A stretch of 64,000 bases of DNA from Tubiluchus corallicola (Eukaryota; Animalia; Priapulida), in NCBI GenBank assembly GCA_030141605.1, contig JAQGDQ010002370.1:771167-835166 (forward strand). Reading direction: 5' to 3'. Of the stretch, positions 12,290 through 30,449 are shown in pieces. Position numbers and translations under genes: made by a program. The notes under the pieces are model-generated. The model searched no databases and was not told the origin of the DNA. It worked only from the letters and a program-made list of their open reading frames with translations. Numbering within the stretch: the stretch's first letter is position 1; each line of letters opens with the position of its first letter.

Positions 12290-13060
12290 TAGTCTACGCT
12301 TTCATAAAACTGCCCGTCTTACAAGGAGTTTTGGGGCGTTCGGGGTGGAAACAATAGGTATCCTCAAAAGGGGCCAAAAATTGCATCATAGGGTACATGG
12401 CTAGATGTCTACAATTGTAGGTGGTACTATCGTGAATTAAAAAACACCAAATCTGACGAGAACTGCTCGGGCAATATGGAATCTCACCATTATGGTTAGC
12501 GGTCAGAGGGCCGAAAATTACACCATAAAGTACATGGTTAATTTTTCTGCCAAAGTGTAGGGGACATTGTACTGTTTGAAAAATGTCCAATCCTAATGAG
12601 GTTGGCGGGACAAATTAAAAATCAGACGACCTGTACTGGACAACGATTATAAGAGATCAAAAGTTGCGTAATACCGTATTTACGTCAAACAAGTTACTGA
12701 AATAAATTTAATATTCCATTAATAAGAGAATTAACTGAATATTAAACACTAATTGGAACAATATTGTAACTATAGAAAATATAACTGTAATTTTAAATAT
12801 AAATATAAATTTTAAACTCAATCGCAAAATCTTTAGTAACAAAAACCATTAGTATGGTCATAATTTTAATTTTCCTCGTCACCAATTGCATCTTCACTAA
12901 TAATCACATCGTCACCAAAACATCGTCATCACCACCATCATCGTCACTTTCCTCATTCAAGAAGATTTCATCCAAGGAAACGGCCACTTGTGGTCCCCCA
13001 AACCACTTTGGTGCATACTTACTGTTTTTTTAATATCCATCCATTGTCCACGAGATTGCA
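12290..13060 (-). mobile_element. Possible Academ-like DNA transposon 3' remnant
   Basis: Minus 12870-13050 reads DNGWIL/SKYAPKWFGGPQVAVSLDEIFLNEESDDD, resembling the GW..WF.G.Q.P plus acidic tail of such transposon proteins. Candidate TAG terminus at 12290. Family call from memory. Confidence 0.4.
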
Positions 13061-13089
13061 CATCCATCAGGAGGGAAAGTAGAAAACAA

Positions 13090-13640
13090 TGAAGTTAAAT
13101 ATCGATGGCGGAGATAATGGACAGGCAGAGCATTCTTGCTATTTGAGGAGTTGGGAAAGTAACAAAAAACGGCAGTTATGAGAAGGAAATAAAATGCAAA
13201 AGTGCAGACTTAGTTTGCGAAGTTAAGAAAGTTTATATGAAATCAAAAGATTAGTGTAACGACAGGAAAATGACGCATGTTATGTTGGTCAGTTTTGCTA
13301 CATGGACGGATGGACACTGAAGTAAGCAGGCACAAGTAAGCGACTGGAAGTCTTAGAAATGTGCTGTTACTGAAGCATGCTGAACGTCAGTTAGAGAAGA
13401 AAAGTCACGAAATGAAAAAGTGACAGGAACGTTAAAGGAGAAAAAACCTGCTGGGATATCATCGTCAAGAAGAAAGCTTAATATTGTGGACATGCTTTAA
13501 GGTATAGCGAACTGATACAGAGACAGATGAAAGAAATCGCAGGGAGAAGTACTAGAAGAAGGCAGCAAAGGACATGTCTAGACGATATCAGTAAGTGAGC
13601 CATGATTAAAAAAGGAATGCTATTGTTAATAAAGACAAAG
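13090..13640 (+). mobile_element. RTE-clade LINE, degenerate 3' ORF fragment
   Basis: LNIDG..CYLRS..EKEIK; WTLK..RLEVLEMCCY*SML; YCGHALR; GRSTRRRQQRTCLDDI match the RTE post-RT motifs (WTL, RLEAFEMWCYRRML, YFGH, GRRxRGRPRxxWxDDI), with stops and frameshifts. Confidence 0.85.
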
Positions 13641-15684
13641 ACAATGGTGTCACACAAACACATTTTATGTAACCTGGTGAAGGGAGCAGTGGTTTCCCGA
13701 AATATCATTAATACTGATAAACCTTGTTGAATTTCAAGACGTTGTACAAAAAATATTTGACAATTAAATTAGTTATTTGAATGATATAGAGATTGCTTTG
13801 CTTCTATACATTTCCGTGATTTCTATCTTCTCGTTGCATACCATAAAGTTACTAAATTCCAATTCTTTATTATACCGTATTACCTATAGACAATGAGTAA
13901 AACTGTCATATACACCGAAAACGAAATAATAAAGATTCGCTGTAGAAAAATCGACAAAAGCTAGTGATTTTACTTACTTGTTGAGACAAAGAATAAAGCG
14001 GTACATAAAAAAAAGAACTGCCTATACGAATGATGCATCCCTCCACACAATGCCATGTCACACGCTGCTTGCAAGTTTGGTCGACTTTCAGTATTTTTGA
14101 AAATACTAACAGAAGTGAAAAGTCAGCGTATGTAACACTCATAAACAGTTCATCTGGGCTTTCACAAAGTAGTTCAAAAATCCTTCAAGTGTAGACAGTT
14201 AACTTCTTTGACAAGACAAGACTGCCACATTCCCCCGTATGGATGCTCTCCTTTTCTGCAGCTTCTCTGACTCTGAGTAACAGCGACTTCCGTATAAACG
14301 CTTTATTGATTCTGTCCTACAAATCAAGGCCATCTAGCTCAGAGCAGACACACTTGCGAACCCTGGAAATCAGTTCAAAACAAATTTTATGCTACTGTTT
14401 CATTTAAATTTTGCCTTTAACTTCGTCAACGCTCACAACTTGACAATATTTTTTTATAAATTTACTTTAGATTACAAATTTTGCAGCCATGGAACACTAT
14501 TACTGCAATTATGGCGAACTATCAAAATGTGTACATCAGCTGTAGCACATATATAATAAACCATTATATTTAAAGTTTGCTCTTTATAGATGTGATGGTC
14601 ACTTATTACTATTAAGACAGAATACAGATTAAAACAGTCTTACCTATTCACTAGATCCAAAAAACAAAAAGGTTAATTGTTATGTGATATATCCTTTCCT
14701 ATGCAGTTGGACAAACCATAATATTAATAATGATTGTAACAACATGTTACCTGTTAATCTACGCATGTAAGTACCAACAATTATAATTCTTTTGATTACA
14801 CTACATCAGATCTATAGATTAAAACATCGATTTTTATTCACATCATACGAATATCACCGCAGACAACATATATAACAATATATATATACGAGAGCCAGAA
14901 ATACAACAAATATAGATAATTTTAACCACGAATAGTCGCTGCAATATAAGAACACACACATCTCCTAGTTAAACTTAGCGCAAAGCCCATACCGTACTGC
15001 CTGAATACTTATGGATAAAAACGTTAGTAAAAACAATTTTAGCACCCTAAGCGACCACCAGCCCGACTGTCCGATAGAATGATTTAGTGTTTGCCTTTTT
15101 GAAATTATTATGCATTACAAAGTTAAACTTGTAATTGCTGAAAAGGCATGTAAAATATTACGAAAAACATTTGGTGCAATAAGGCGTAATACACGTGTTT
15201 ATCTCTCTATATAATTAGTGTATTCGATTATTAAAAGAAAAAGAGTAAACTAATATTAATTATACCGAGTAGTGATGCTCACTATTTAAAACTGTATTTA
15301 AAAAGTTCCATTTACCACAATATGAATCTAATCATGCCAATATTCTCAGTAGTAAGCAGTTTTGGTCGTATATTATACAAACAAATCAAATACATTGTTT
15401 TATTGAAAGCTGATGTTTGGCCGGCAAGTGAACGACGAATCCACATCAAATGCTAAAAAAATTGCGATCTGTCACTAGATTTTGATCAAACTAATACTGC
15501 TGAATAGATTGCGCCGGAAAAACGAACCGGTGGAGTTATTTTCATCAAAATTCGGCAAGCAGTTACAAACTTATCTAAACTTAAAAGGTAAGCAATCGAG
15601 TTGATCGATGCATATCTGAGATACCAAAAAGAGGATTTTGCTAAAAATAGTTTAAGAGCTCCCAAATAACGAATGTAATACACG

Positions 15685-16120
15685 GCACGGAGTTGGAACC
15701 GGGTCTAGTAAACCGTGTCAACCGGTTTTTCCCTTTTTTACAAATCATTTGTAGAGTTATAAAAATAACCGTTCATTTTCACTCATTAATCAAAAATTTA
15801 AAATTCGTACACAAATTATATGCCTATAAATGCCTACATCGCTTGCCTAGTTAGTTAATATGGTAGGCCTATAATCAAAAAATAAATGTATAGTGCTGGA
15901 TGATGATGATGATGACGATGATGACGACGACGATAATGATGATGATTTGGTGATGACGATGACGAAAATATGGAGTAAGTATTTGTCTTTGCTTGTAAGT
16001 ATTCGTTGTACGCTTGTGCCAAATTTTTATCAAACCGGGGAACTTGAGTCACCGAGGGAGTTGAGTCAAATCATCGGGACAACCGTGTCAGACCCCATAA
16101 CCCGATTCCAATTCTCGTGC
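15685..16120. mobile_element. MITE-like element with internal (GAT)n
   Basis: Terminal inverted GCACGGAGTTGGAACCGGGT / ACCCGATTCCAATTCTCGTGC; repeated AACCGTGTCA inside both ends. Confidence 0.6.
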
Positions 16121-17154
16121 AGTATATAAGTAGATTGAAGCTACCATATGCAGTACTGCACTTAATAAAAATAGCCGTTTAATAATATTTAATAGTACTC
16201 TGCAGTTGTTAAAAATTATTATAAAATTAAAAAACATATTTTTCCCAAAATCCAGCCTTAATTACTCGTATTTACAAACATACACAATGATCAGCAAACA
16301 AGTTTTTGAACGACTTATGCAGGAAATTCTAGTACTTTTCCACCCTCAACAAACTAAAATCTTCAATTCGAAATGTTTGAACAGCCTTACAAACTAACGA
16401 GACATTTTTTAATTTTGAAAAAAATACATAAGCAGAGCAGTGTATTTCGTGTAAATTTATATACATTAAAATTCGCTCACAAAACAGTGAACATCCGTTG
16501 TAAGCAAACAATAATTTTCCGAACAAGAATTAGTTGAAGAAAATTAACCACAGATGGCAGGATGAACATAGTGAGTAGTAGTGTTACGCAGTATAAACGT
16601 GCTCTAAGTGAGTCTTGAAGTGCGTGACGAAATTGTAATTGTAACAAGCATCACAATAGGAAGTCAGCACATGGCCTTTCAACATGTGGCAATAAAATTG
16701 TGACATATAAATGAACACGTAAAAATTCTTGGCTATTTACAGCATTGTGCAATATTTACTAACACATGTATTCGTGAAGTTGTCAGAATGAATCGCTAAA
16801 TAATAAGTGCATTGTGATTAATTAACAACATTGAAAATTACCTATATGTCTTGTGTAATTTGCTTATTAACTAGTTAGATAAGGAGTACAGCCTAAGTTT
16901 CTATGCAAATTCCCACAAATAGCGGGTACTATAATAGTCATACTTATTTTTATCAAACAACATTAAATCAATGGCACAATAATAAGTATTAAAGAATATT
17001 ACAATTACTCATCCAAAAAGATCATTCATAGTTCATTGGACGAACACAACTTGTAGAAAAGTGTTTTCTTACACAGAATATTTATATATTACACCGCGCT
17101 GTAAAAAACGTACCTTGTCACAAAAGTTCACTAAGGGAAAATACACACAGATAC

Positions 17155-20693
<3,539 letters not shown>

Positions 20694-20865
20694 CTGCAAA
20701 GAAATACGAATTTTAATTTCCTCCACTGAAGACGCTGTTCCAACCGAGAATGTTTAACAAACCTGAAGAAGTCAAGTTATTCAATAATGACGTAAGGACG
20801 TTTGCATGTACTGTTATAACTATGTAAAAATCGTGATAGCTGCAGCAGCACTAGATCTTGCTGGG

Positions 20866-21726
20866 GTACGCTAAAAATAACACAGGAAAAATCGCACAAA
20901 CGGAAAAGCAAGTAAAAATGGCACAGGAAAAATTGCCCACATGGAAAAGTAGGGAAAATGGCACATGTTATTTTGATGCAATTGATTTTTTAATAAATCT
21001 AGAATGGGCTTAGTAGGAAGCAGATTTCCGCTAAAGCCGAACAATCCTACTTATTCATCTGTTCTTCTGATTAAAAAACTTGACACAAAGATAAACTAGC
21101 AAACACACAAAAATGTTCCTATATTGATATTATATAGAGTCTATATATTATATGGAGTTTATATAGAGTCTACATTGCTATAAATAGACTAGCAAAAGTC
21201 TCACAGATTTATAATCAATAATGCACGAATGTTCCGCATAGTGTTTATCTATCTTTTTAACCATTAATTTTGGCGATTGTAATAGACTGACAAATATATA
21301 TAACTACCAAATCACCTTATTAGGCTATACACATTAATAAAAACAGTTAAGTGGAGATAACAAAAAAGAAGCACTAAACACTCCCTCTGAAAGCTTCACG
21401 AAGTACTTCATGCATGTTTTTTACATTTTCCCATTTTGGCACCCCTTAAGCCCGCCTTTCTTCATGAAGTTTCTGGGAAATCTATTAGATAGTTTTTTGC
21501 GTAACAGGCTTACTGCCATAACAGACAAAAAACAACAAAACGAACTGTGTTGAAGAATAACTTTCTTGACAGAGGTAAAAGTAGCCAAAATAATTACTGT
21601 AACCCTAACCCTAAACAGACATTTTGCTAAGTAGTGTGCCATTTTTCCTGTGCCATTTTTACCTGTGCCATTTTTACCTACTTTTTCATTTGTCCCTATA
21701 CCTTTTTCCTGTGCCATTTTACATAC
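20866..21726. mobile_element. Non-autonomous element, family 1 (AAAAATGGCACAGG subterminal arrays), copy 1
   Basis: Arrays of AAAAATGGCACA at left, TGTGCCATTTTT at right; interior homologous to 40640-41692; contains TAACCCTAACCCTAA. Confidence 0.85.
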
Positions 21727-23687
21727 TGTATAGTATTCTGCACAAACAATGTTAAAGTAGAATCATTGTAAGCCATTGTAATAGTGCAAGACAGCTTGAA
21801 AGTAAAATTTGATGCAAAATTGATGCAAAGTTACCTTAAATCCTCCAGAATCTGCCAAAAAATATTTAACCGCATGTAGATAAATTTAAAAAGCGACCTT
21901 GTCTTAACTCGTTCCCAAAATAATAGCTAAAAGCCTCTTCGTAGTGTAGAGTTTTAACTGCGTTTGTATTAACTTATTATGTATACTATCTCATCATGAT
22001 ATGACGTAATTTATAACTAATTTTCATATTTATGCGTGTGTGTTTGCGGAGTGTGGACCACTTCCGAAATAATTTCGATCACACAAAAAAGTTTACCGAT
22101 TTTTGAAGCTTGATTTACACGTTTTCAAATCCTTCTACAACAAAGTTCTCTTTTTAAAAGTTCTGAAGCTTCCGTTGGGGATTGGCTGTTCGAGATTGAA
22201 GACCGCGCCATTTTACTACTGAAAGCAGGGCATGAATTATCTATCCATAGTCAGTATTCAGTCAGGCTTATCTGTACTGGTATGAAAGAATAAATAAAAA
22301 ATAGCTATGATCAACTGATTACTGTTCAGCGAGGAATGTTATGTGCGTTATGTGAGGGGATTAAGCAACTAGGGAAGAACAACAATGGGGTGTGTTTAGC
22401 AGCCGAAGTTAACCAACGTTTGGCATGTTAGTATCACTCGTGTGAACATTCAAAGCAGCCCTGCGTTGAGTAAAAAATAGTAAAGTGTCAACCACCTAAA
22501 CCGCATTAGCAATTTATTGAGCTATTATACACATAATTATACCTAAAAATGTGTTAGTTTGGGTAGTTTAGGTAGTTTAACTCCTTCTAACCTCCTCTAC
22601 CACTCTGAAAATTGTGGTTTGAACAATTTAAAAACCAAATACACCTACAGACAAAGATTCACCCATATATAAATCAGCAGGCAAGCCATGAGATAGACAG
22701 ATATGGGCAGGTAGGTACGTAAGTAGCAGGCGGAAAAATAAACTAAATTGTACTGTGATGTCGGTACACCAGTCAACAACACAACCAAACGTGAACACCA
22801 GATCACATTTTAGGGGACTTTCACTTACACTGGTATAACAAGATGTTCTTTTTTGATCCGGAGAGGGAATCAATATTCTCCTAACCTCTAACGTCATTAG
22901 ATAGTATTCACGACGAAGGCATGCCATCAAAGACTATACAACATTCGCTCAAAAGTAAATAATCTTTGAATGGTGTTTCTAAATGCACTGTTTGCCGATG
23001 ACGAAACTTCAAGAAGCACGGACACACACTCCAGGGAAATCTGTACAGTTATACAAAGACCAAGCATCGAATACTATAAATGTCCTTTCTAAACAAATAT
23101 TGCATTGGGTGATACTAATAGCAGCCGTAATAATAAATCACAACAGATGAGTCTGTGGCTGACGATTTATGTGCATGACACTTTGTGCATTTTCACTTCT
23201 GCTTACTATTATAGTAGTACATCTGCATGCGATTTTTCTCTGAGTTTTTTGTGACTTATACAGTCACCAGAAACCAGTTTTAGAAAGCACAAAAGTTATT
23301 ATTGAGAATCAACAACAGACTCGTCGCAGGGTTATATAAAATGGGTTAGATTTTCAAAAAAAACACCTCACTAAAAGACCCTGTAATAAATCATGTGTAA
23401 ACAAAATTTCAAAAAGCCCATAATAAAGATGCAGTTAAAAGGTTAAGTAGTGCAAACGCTCTAGAAAATGAAGAGTCATGGGGATCAAAATTATGATTCT
23501 ATGGATCATTAATTAGATCGTTATTCGTTGGTAAAGAAGTGAATCCTTTAAGCCGATTGTTTACTTAAATAACTATTCAGTTATTTAGGTAAATTAAAGT
23601 CTACTTCACTTTTCATTCCGATTCGAGTTCTGACTCGAGACTTGGTAGTTATTTACAAAACACCCGATATCTAAAGCTGATTGATGT

Positions 23688-23689
23688 TA

Positions 23690-23733
<44 letters not shown>
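23688..23733 (+). repeat. (GAT)n microsatellite
   Basis: Directly visible. Confidence 0.9.
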
Positions 23734-25919
23734 ACGACTACAATGACGACACGAAGATCAAGTTAATATATGAAATAACATTTAATTGATAAAAAAATAA
23801 TTTACAATTTTTTACCGCTCACAATTCAAACAGCCAATAAATCATTTAATAGCTGCCTTATAATCAGAATACGTTTGGCAAACAGTTTTGTTTTTCATGC
23901 AAACATAAATTTATAGTGAATACATTTATTAATAGCTCAGCTACGAGAGGGGTAACTGGTTAACTTATAAATCATTCTTTCATTGTAATACTATTCTGTC
24001 CATATTGCATTAAATTTATTTTGTCAAAAACCAGTAACCAAACCGTTGACCGCTCACGTGACTGTTTATTAAAAATGGCCAACAGAAAGGAGATGGAAGC
24101 AAATGACACAAGAGGAAGCGTCGATAAGTGAGAGCATCTGAAATGCCTGTGTCGAAATATTATTGCCACATATTAACTTAATAAAATATTTCAAATTCCG
24201 TTAAAAACTTATGATATGCTACCAATAAATAATAAACTTTTCCCTGTGACTCGACTGTACCTGTGTGCAATCCATGTATTTATCCGAATTTTTTCAAGAG
24301 ATTCTGATCCTATCTTTGATGAGAGATGAGAAGAAAACCAGTACCGTATTCGAAATATCTAAATCTTGATGCCGCTCTCCATTTTTATAAACCTACTGTT
24401 TGGCCTTGCTGTTGTACTGCAGCTACACATCTGGACTGTATCTCGGCCTGTCACCGTAACTCAATTGGTATAATTACGGGTCTGATTGGGTCTGACTTGA
24501 GGTCAAGCTGCAATGTCTTCCTCCATGAGGGTCTCCTGCTACATGCACTAAATCTTTTTTATTGCTATCTTTACAGGATTTTTCTTCATTGCTTCATAAA
24601 TGTCGCATTTATGCAAACGAGTACTCCTTTCACATTGATTCCTCATATTGTCGTTGAGTATCCCTGCATGCAGGACAGCTGCTGCTGCTGCTATAAATGC
24701 GGTTTCATCGGGCTTCTTATATGTAGAATTTTGTACCAGCTATTGATTTCTTCATTAAAAAATTACTTGTTTCATTTTCAACAATGTTATCTTCTGCAAT
24801 TAAACATTCTTGTTTCAGAACATCCGATTTATATTTTAGTTTCTAACAATATATCCTTATTTGCGGAGTAGCAACTGGTCTTATATCATTGTTTGATGAT
24901 GCTTCACGAACCTTTGTTCTCTCAAGCTTTCTACAACGCACGTCGATTCATGCTGAATAGGTTCCATTACCAAGATTGTTACATACGTCCATAATGCAAG
25001 ACGAACGAAGATCTTGTGATAGCAGTATCTAAAATAACGCATGATTCCTTAACATTATAACATTTCTTAATAAATCGCTTAATTCTTACAGTAACAGTTC
25101 AACTGCTTCTAGATTGCTTCTAGGTGGATTTATGATCCGTGGCATAATATACTTGCCTTTTCTGCTAGGCAAAACTCCGTCACATTTTTAAGCTTTGGCA
25201 AATTGCTTAAGTTTTTTTGGAAACCGAGCCAATTTATCAAAATTTCGGTCCAATAATTTACTTTAAATGCTATAACTCTCTTAATAAGTTATAAGCAACA
25301 CATGATAAGGGTATAAATTTTCGGACGGCCCTTGAGTTTTCGATTTTTTACAAAAGAATCAGAATATGATTCAGGATAACATCGGGAAATGCACTTGCCC
25401 TTCTCTGCACAAATGCAATTTTAATTCGCTAGTTTTTGCTTCCAAAACTTTTTAATGAGAACTAAGATTTCTTGTGGCCATAAATTGAGTTAATATTCTG
25501 TATTATGCACATTTTGTAGAAAGTATTATTTACTACAAAGGTGCAATTTGGAAACTAGATCCCTCGGTGAGAATGCTAATACATGTAGTATGCACAGACT
25601 TTAAGCACTGTATCTTGTTTCCGCTGCAAAAATGTATTCTACACCGTATAATTAATCGAGTATAGGATTATTTTAATTAATAGAGGCCACACTTATTTTA
25701 ATTGTTCATACACCCACTTCCTGGTTATGAGGAATCTCCCAATATCTACACCAGCCCAGGCGATGAAGTTAGACTCGCTATCCACAATACAGAATCCTTA
25801 GATTTATATCCACTATATAAATCTAAAAGTTTAATTCAATCCCTGTTAGAAAGTCGCCACTTGCTATAATAAAGTTGTCTTTTTTCAATACATTTTTTTT
25901 TATTTTAAAGGATTTAATG

Positions 25920-28665
25920 GGATTGTCAGAAAAGTGGAACTCTGGATTGCATTCTTTTCTAAAATAGGCAACATAGATAGTCCTATCAATTTTATTACGC
26001 TGAACCCGAAAAAACTGTTGGCAACTTGAAAAATTAGCGGAAACTTCAAAAACGCAAAAGAAAAACAAAATAGCGGCCAAGCTTTTTGCACAAACAACGT
26101 AAATAAAAACAAATTCCCAGAAAATTACCATTAAGCGGCGATTATCATGCCATCTGTTCCAGGGTGGCTGTACCTAAGGAATCCATTTCTGGTACTTTTA
26201 TTTCAAAAATGGCAACCGCACAAAGCAAAATTATGCCATTCATGCAATTATATTAACTATTTACTATTATCTATATAAAGGTTTATTATAAAAACAAAAA
26301 GCAAGTTATTTTTATTAACTCGACCTTGCTGAATCTCACAAACTGCTATTAGGCCAAAAATGCAAATCCACTTAAGCAGTCCAATAAGAAGATGACAATA
26401 GGATTCCTCATATATCTAGCATCTAACAGAATGATGAAAAACTTATTCATTTCGCCTGTGAGTTATAAAACTTTGCGTAATTCCAGAACACATCAGATTG
26501 ATTAATTTTGGCTATGAGTCTTATCGAAAATCATTCATTTTTGAGATGGCTGAGAAGATGAAAATTGCTAATTATTACAAGCCCTATTTTAGCTATTAGA
26601 GCAGACAAGCAAAGGTTTTGGTGTCTAAGTATAAGTTCTCAAGGTCAAGGAATCCATATCTGATGCTAAAACACCCATGGCATCACTTAAATTGGGGTTT
26701 AAGACGATTGCCAAGACGGCTGTGATCACTTGTGTAATATATTAGCTATATTGCATGTTCTAAGGCAAATGAGATGATGATTTTAGTATCTAATTATATT
26801 ATTTAAAGATCAAGGATTTAGGGTAGTATACAGTATGACCACCATTTTCAAAATGGCCGAAAAGATGGCTGTCAGTAGCTTACAAAGGCAATATCCTAGT
26901 CAATGTCAAATTGTGAATGCCAAGCGCCACGAAATCAGCGTTATCACCATTCCGTGCCAATAGCCTACCTACTGTTACGACAAGACTTGAGCATTTACAG
27001 AGAGAAAGGAAAAAACTCGCTCGGCTCACATGGTAAGCGTCTGAGGCATTTATATCTCTAAGAAACACTGCTAGAGTTGAGCAGCATTCACAAAAAAAGA
27101 AAGTCAATTGAGCCAAGTCCTCCAGAGTCTGCAGCACCGTAGGAGCACAACAAACATGTGGTATATCAGGCACGATACGGCTAAGCCAGATATTAATCAA
27201 TGCCCCAACTTCACCTTCACCATTTGACGAGGCAAGAAGAGGTCCCTACTGATGTGACGTGCGAACAGCACTGGACACTAAGGCCAGAAGTCGTTTTTAA
27301 AGTAAAGTAACTAGTTAACCAGTTACCAGTACCCAGTTAACATAACATTTAACGTAATTAAGTATTACTGCCAGCCAACCAAATGCTATATGGCATATGT
27401 AAGTGTGTTCAAGCAAGTTTTGTTTGTATAGCTCTGTGCAAATGTGGTGGTGAATGTGAGAAATGTTTTTAAGGTAGTGTTATCTATGTTATGTATATCA
27501 AGATTCTGACACAGACAGTTTGTTTCTTATTGCTGGCCTCGTTATCAACTCGTACATTAAATGAGTGATGTGCATACATGATATTGCTGATATCGTTAAG
27601 GTTTAATATGAATAATACTAATACGTAAATACTTGATCTTTAAAACTAATCTCCAGTAGAACGTACGATTTAGCTGATACATTATAGAAGCCGCAGCAGC
27701 TATCTTGGCAAACATATTGAAATATTAAATAGGTGATGTCATAAGTGTTGTTCAGCATCAGCCATCTTGAATGCCACACTGGATGCTACCCTAAATCATT
27801 TGCAGTTAAAGCCTATGTCTACATGCTAAAATCCTCACCCTATCAGCCTAAGAACATACAATGTAGCTAACATATTACATGAGCACCTGCAACATCTTGG
27901 AACCCTCTTGAAATACTAAATAACATGACGTCTTAGGTATTTTAAGTATCAGATGTGGTCTTAAACATTGAAAACCTAAATTTACACTCCAAAATGGTCA
28001 TCTTATCTATTCTAACACTTAAGATACGGCCTTGATATAGTGGCAAAAGACATCTTGTCGGCCATCTTGAAAACGGCGGCTATATTGGAGGATTTTCGGT
28101 TGACCCATATCTAATATCACCTTGATGGGTTCTACCATTGTGCAAAATTTTGGGTGAAATTAGCAATTTTTTGAACATTTTACTAAACCATATTTCGGTC
28201 CTGGTGGCTATCTTGTTTTTTTTGCTTTTATTGGACTGTTTAATTTCCTTACCTCCTCTTTGGGGTTCAGCAGTTTTTTGGATTCAACAAGGTCGAATTG
28301 ATGTTTGTGTTTTGTTAATAAATCTTTAGGTGAAACAGCTTATATAACTGCAGGAATGGCATAATTGCGTGTGGCGTGGCGGCATTTTTGAAAAGAAAGT
28401 AACAGAAATGGAGTGAATAGGTTTGTCTACCATAGAATAGATGTCATAGTCGCTTCTTAATATCAATTTGTTGTGAATTTCTTTTGATTAATTTAGCTTA
28501 TGCAAAACTTGGCAGCCATTTCGGTTTTTGCGATTTTCACTGTTTTTCGCCTATTTTCCAAGCTGACATTTTTTCGGGTTCAAATTGATAAGACTGCCTG
28601 TGTTGCCCGCTTTTATAGACCTAGAACTTTATAGCTCTACCTTTTCGGCATTTTCTTCTGGTCTA
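25920..28665 (+). mobile_element. Long-TIR DNA transposon deletion derivative, Academ-like
   Basis: About 400-430-bp diverged inverted arms (25920-26348 vs 28268-28665; e.g. TGAACCCGAAAAAA/TTTTTTCGGGTTCA, TCGACCTTGCTGAATC/GATTCAACAAGGTCGA). Interior 26920-27230 reads ALSPFRA..CYDKT*AF..KKLARLTW and VPPESAAP*EHNKHVVYQA, resembling FHAFTGCDTTSAF.GKGK and LPPTxxALxxHxxRAxYQA. Right end is ..GGTCTA. Confidence 0.65.
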
Positions 28666-30449
28666 TTATAAAACGTACTTTTTGAAATTACGCATCTGGT
28701 TTATTTAGCGAACCTTTATGTTAGTAGGAACCATAACCATAAACTACAATTTTTGTACAATCATTGTCACGCTATACGAAACCTGGGGTCCTTATTAAAC
28801 TCGTTATTTATATAGAACCTCTAACCTGTCTATTTCCAGTTGACATAAAGGTGTTGTGCGACATACAGTATCGGCTGGCTTCATCTTGCACTGTGAAGCA
28901 TATATGATATGAAAGCGCTGGTTTAGCTGAAGCTTCTCTGACATTTTAGATACAACACTCGCAAATAGGCAGCAATGTGAAGCCGATACTTGCATTAAAT
29001 CATTGCGAGCTGAATATTATATCTTACTGCGCCATATGCATTTGAGCTGCCTGTAATTATGAAACCTTATGGGCTTCATAATTACATGATTCCATGTGTG
29101 CCGAGTAAATGTGGACTAGATAAATTTAGGCTTCAAATTCCGACATCCAACCCGGTATTTGAAATAAAGCTAAAGGAGCCAAATATGCCATGTATAACTA
29201 CCGCCACTGATTTGACAGGGGGGAACAGTATCGATGTAAAGATCAGTAGAGGAGTTATTGCAACCAAGAGTCTCGCATTATTTGCAAATAGCAGGATGTT
29301 TGGGCTTGATTTCCAGTTATCATCAGGTGAATATTTAATTAGTTTAATTGTATAAAATTATTCAAAAAAACCAATTTTCTATAAAATAGTTTGAAAATTA
29401 TCAGCTATTATTGTGTGGATATAACAGTAAGACTGAACAATGATCAATTGTTATGCGGGCATGAACAATAAGACAATTTTGAAAACTGGTAAACTGTTTG
29501 TTTACAAATCTGAACACGTAACATAGACAATCTTTGAAAAGAAAATGCTTTTGCCATTTTGCTCTATTTTACGAGATGGTTTGAAAACAAAGGACACGTC
29601 TTGTTATATGTGAATAATTTTTCTCGTTTCCTTTAATTCTTTTACCAATTTTTGTACTGGTGCTAAACTAGACTGAGAGCCTGTTGGATGTATTCACAAA
29701 ATTATACTTGATAAGTAATTTCTAAATACAGTTTAGGTTTATTCAAACAAAATAATATATAACGTACAGATTGTATAACGTACGTATATATAATATATAT
29801 TGTATCATTGTGGTTGATACGTTTTTGACACCCAAAGTATCAGCAGTCAGCACTAACTCAATGTTTTGCATTGTAAGCACAATGTGAGCACCTTTACGCT
29901 TACAGCCTATAGCATGCCATTCCACGCTCTATAATCAGCGTGCAGTATATCGCAGCAATATGAGTCGTCACGTTCATTGCATGAACCGTGTGTGAAATGT
30001 CCCTAATATCACACTAAGTGAATTAATACGCTTCATTAAATAGCTGGTTTCAAGTTTTAATGCGTGGCATCGGCCTCAAGCTCTTGCTAAGTACGGTGGC
30101 AAAAGTAACCATATTTCCTGTTAAGTCTTGTGTACTTATCCAAGCGGTCAGCGCTAAGTAGCACTACTCTCTAATTACTCGCTGGCTTCCCCAATTGTTA
30201 AGAGTTTGTGTGTCGGATAGTGATAACTGCTCATTGAAGGCTTCGCTTTTAGCTTCTCGGCGAAGCTGTGAGAACCGTCTTAAAAGCGCGTAAAATGAGC
30301 CTACGTTAATTAAGCCCCAAAGTAAATAAATTTGTGAAATGTAATTAAAATTCATGTGTAGGATACTCATTCGAAGTGTAATGAAGTGAAAAAATTGCAT
30401 CCTGAAGAAACCATTCTCTCTTTGTACAATAGTTCTTCTTTCTTTATAT

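Noticed and set aside
24058-24140. Hydrophobic stretch LPLVSFASISFLLAIF with a phase-1 GTGAGC donor as first exon of Ly6-B
   Set aside because: No in-frame ATG; stop immediately upstream. Cannot be fully excluded without RNA data.
24326-24871. Longest ORF in the track (181 aa, +)
   Set aside because: C/L/F/I-rich composition typical of an antisense or decayed repeat read; no recognisable domain or splice context.
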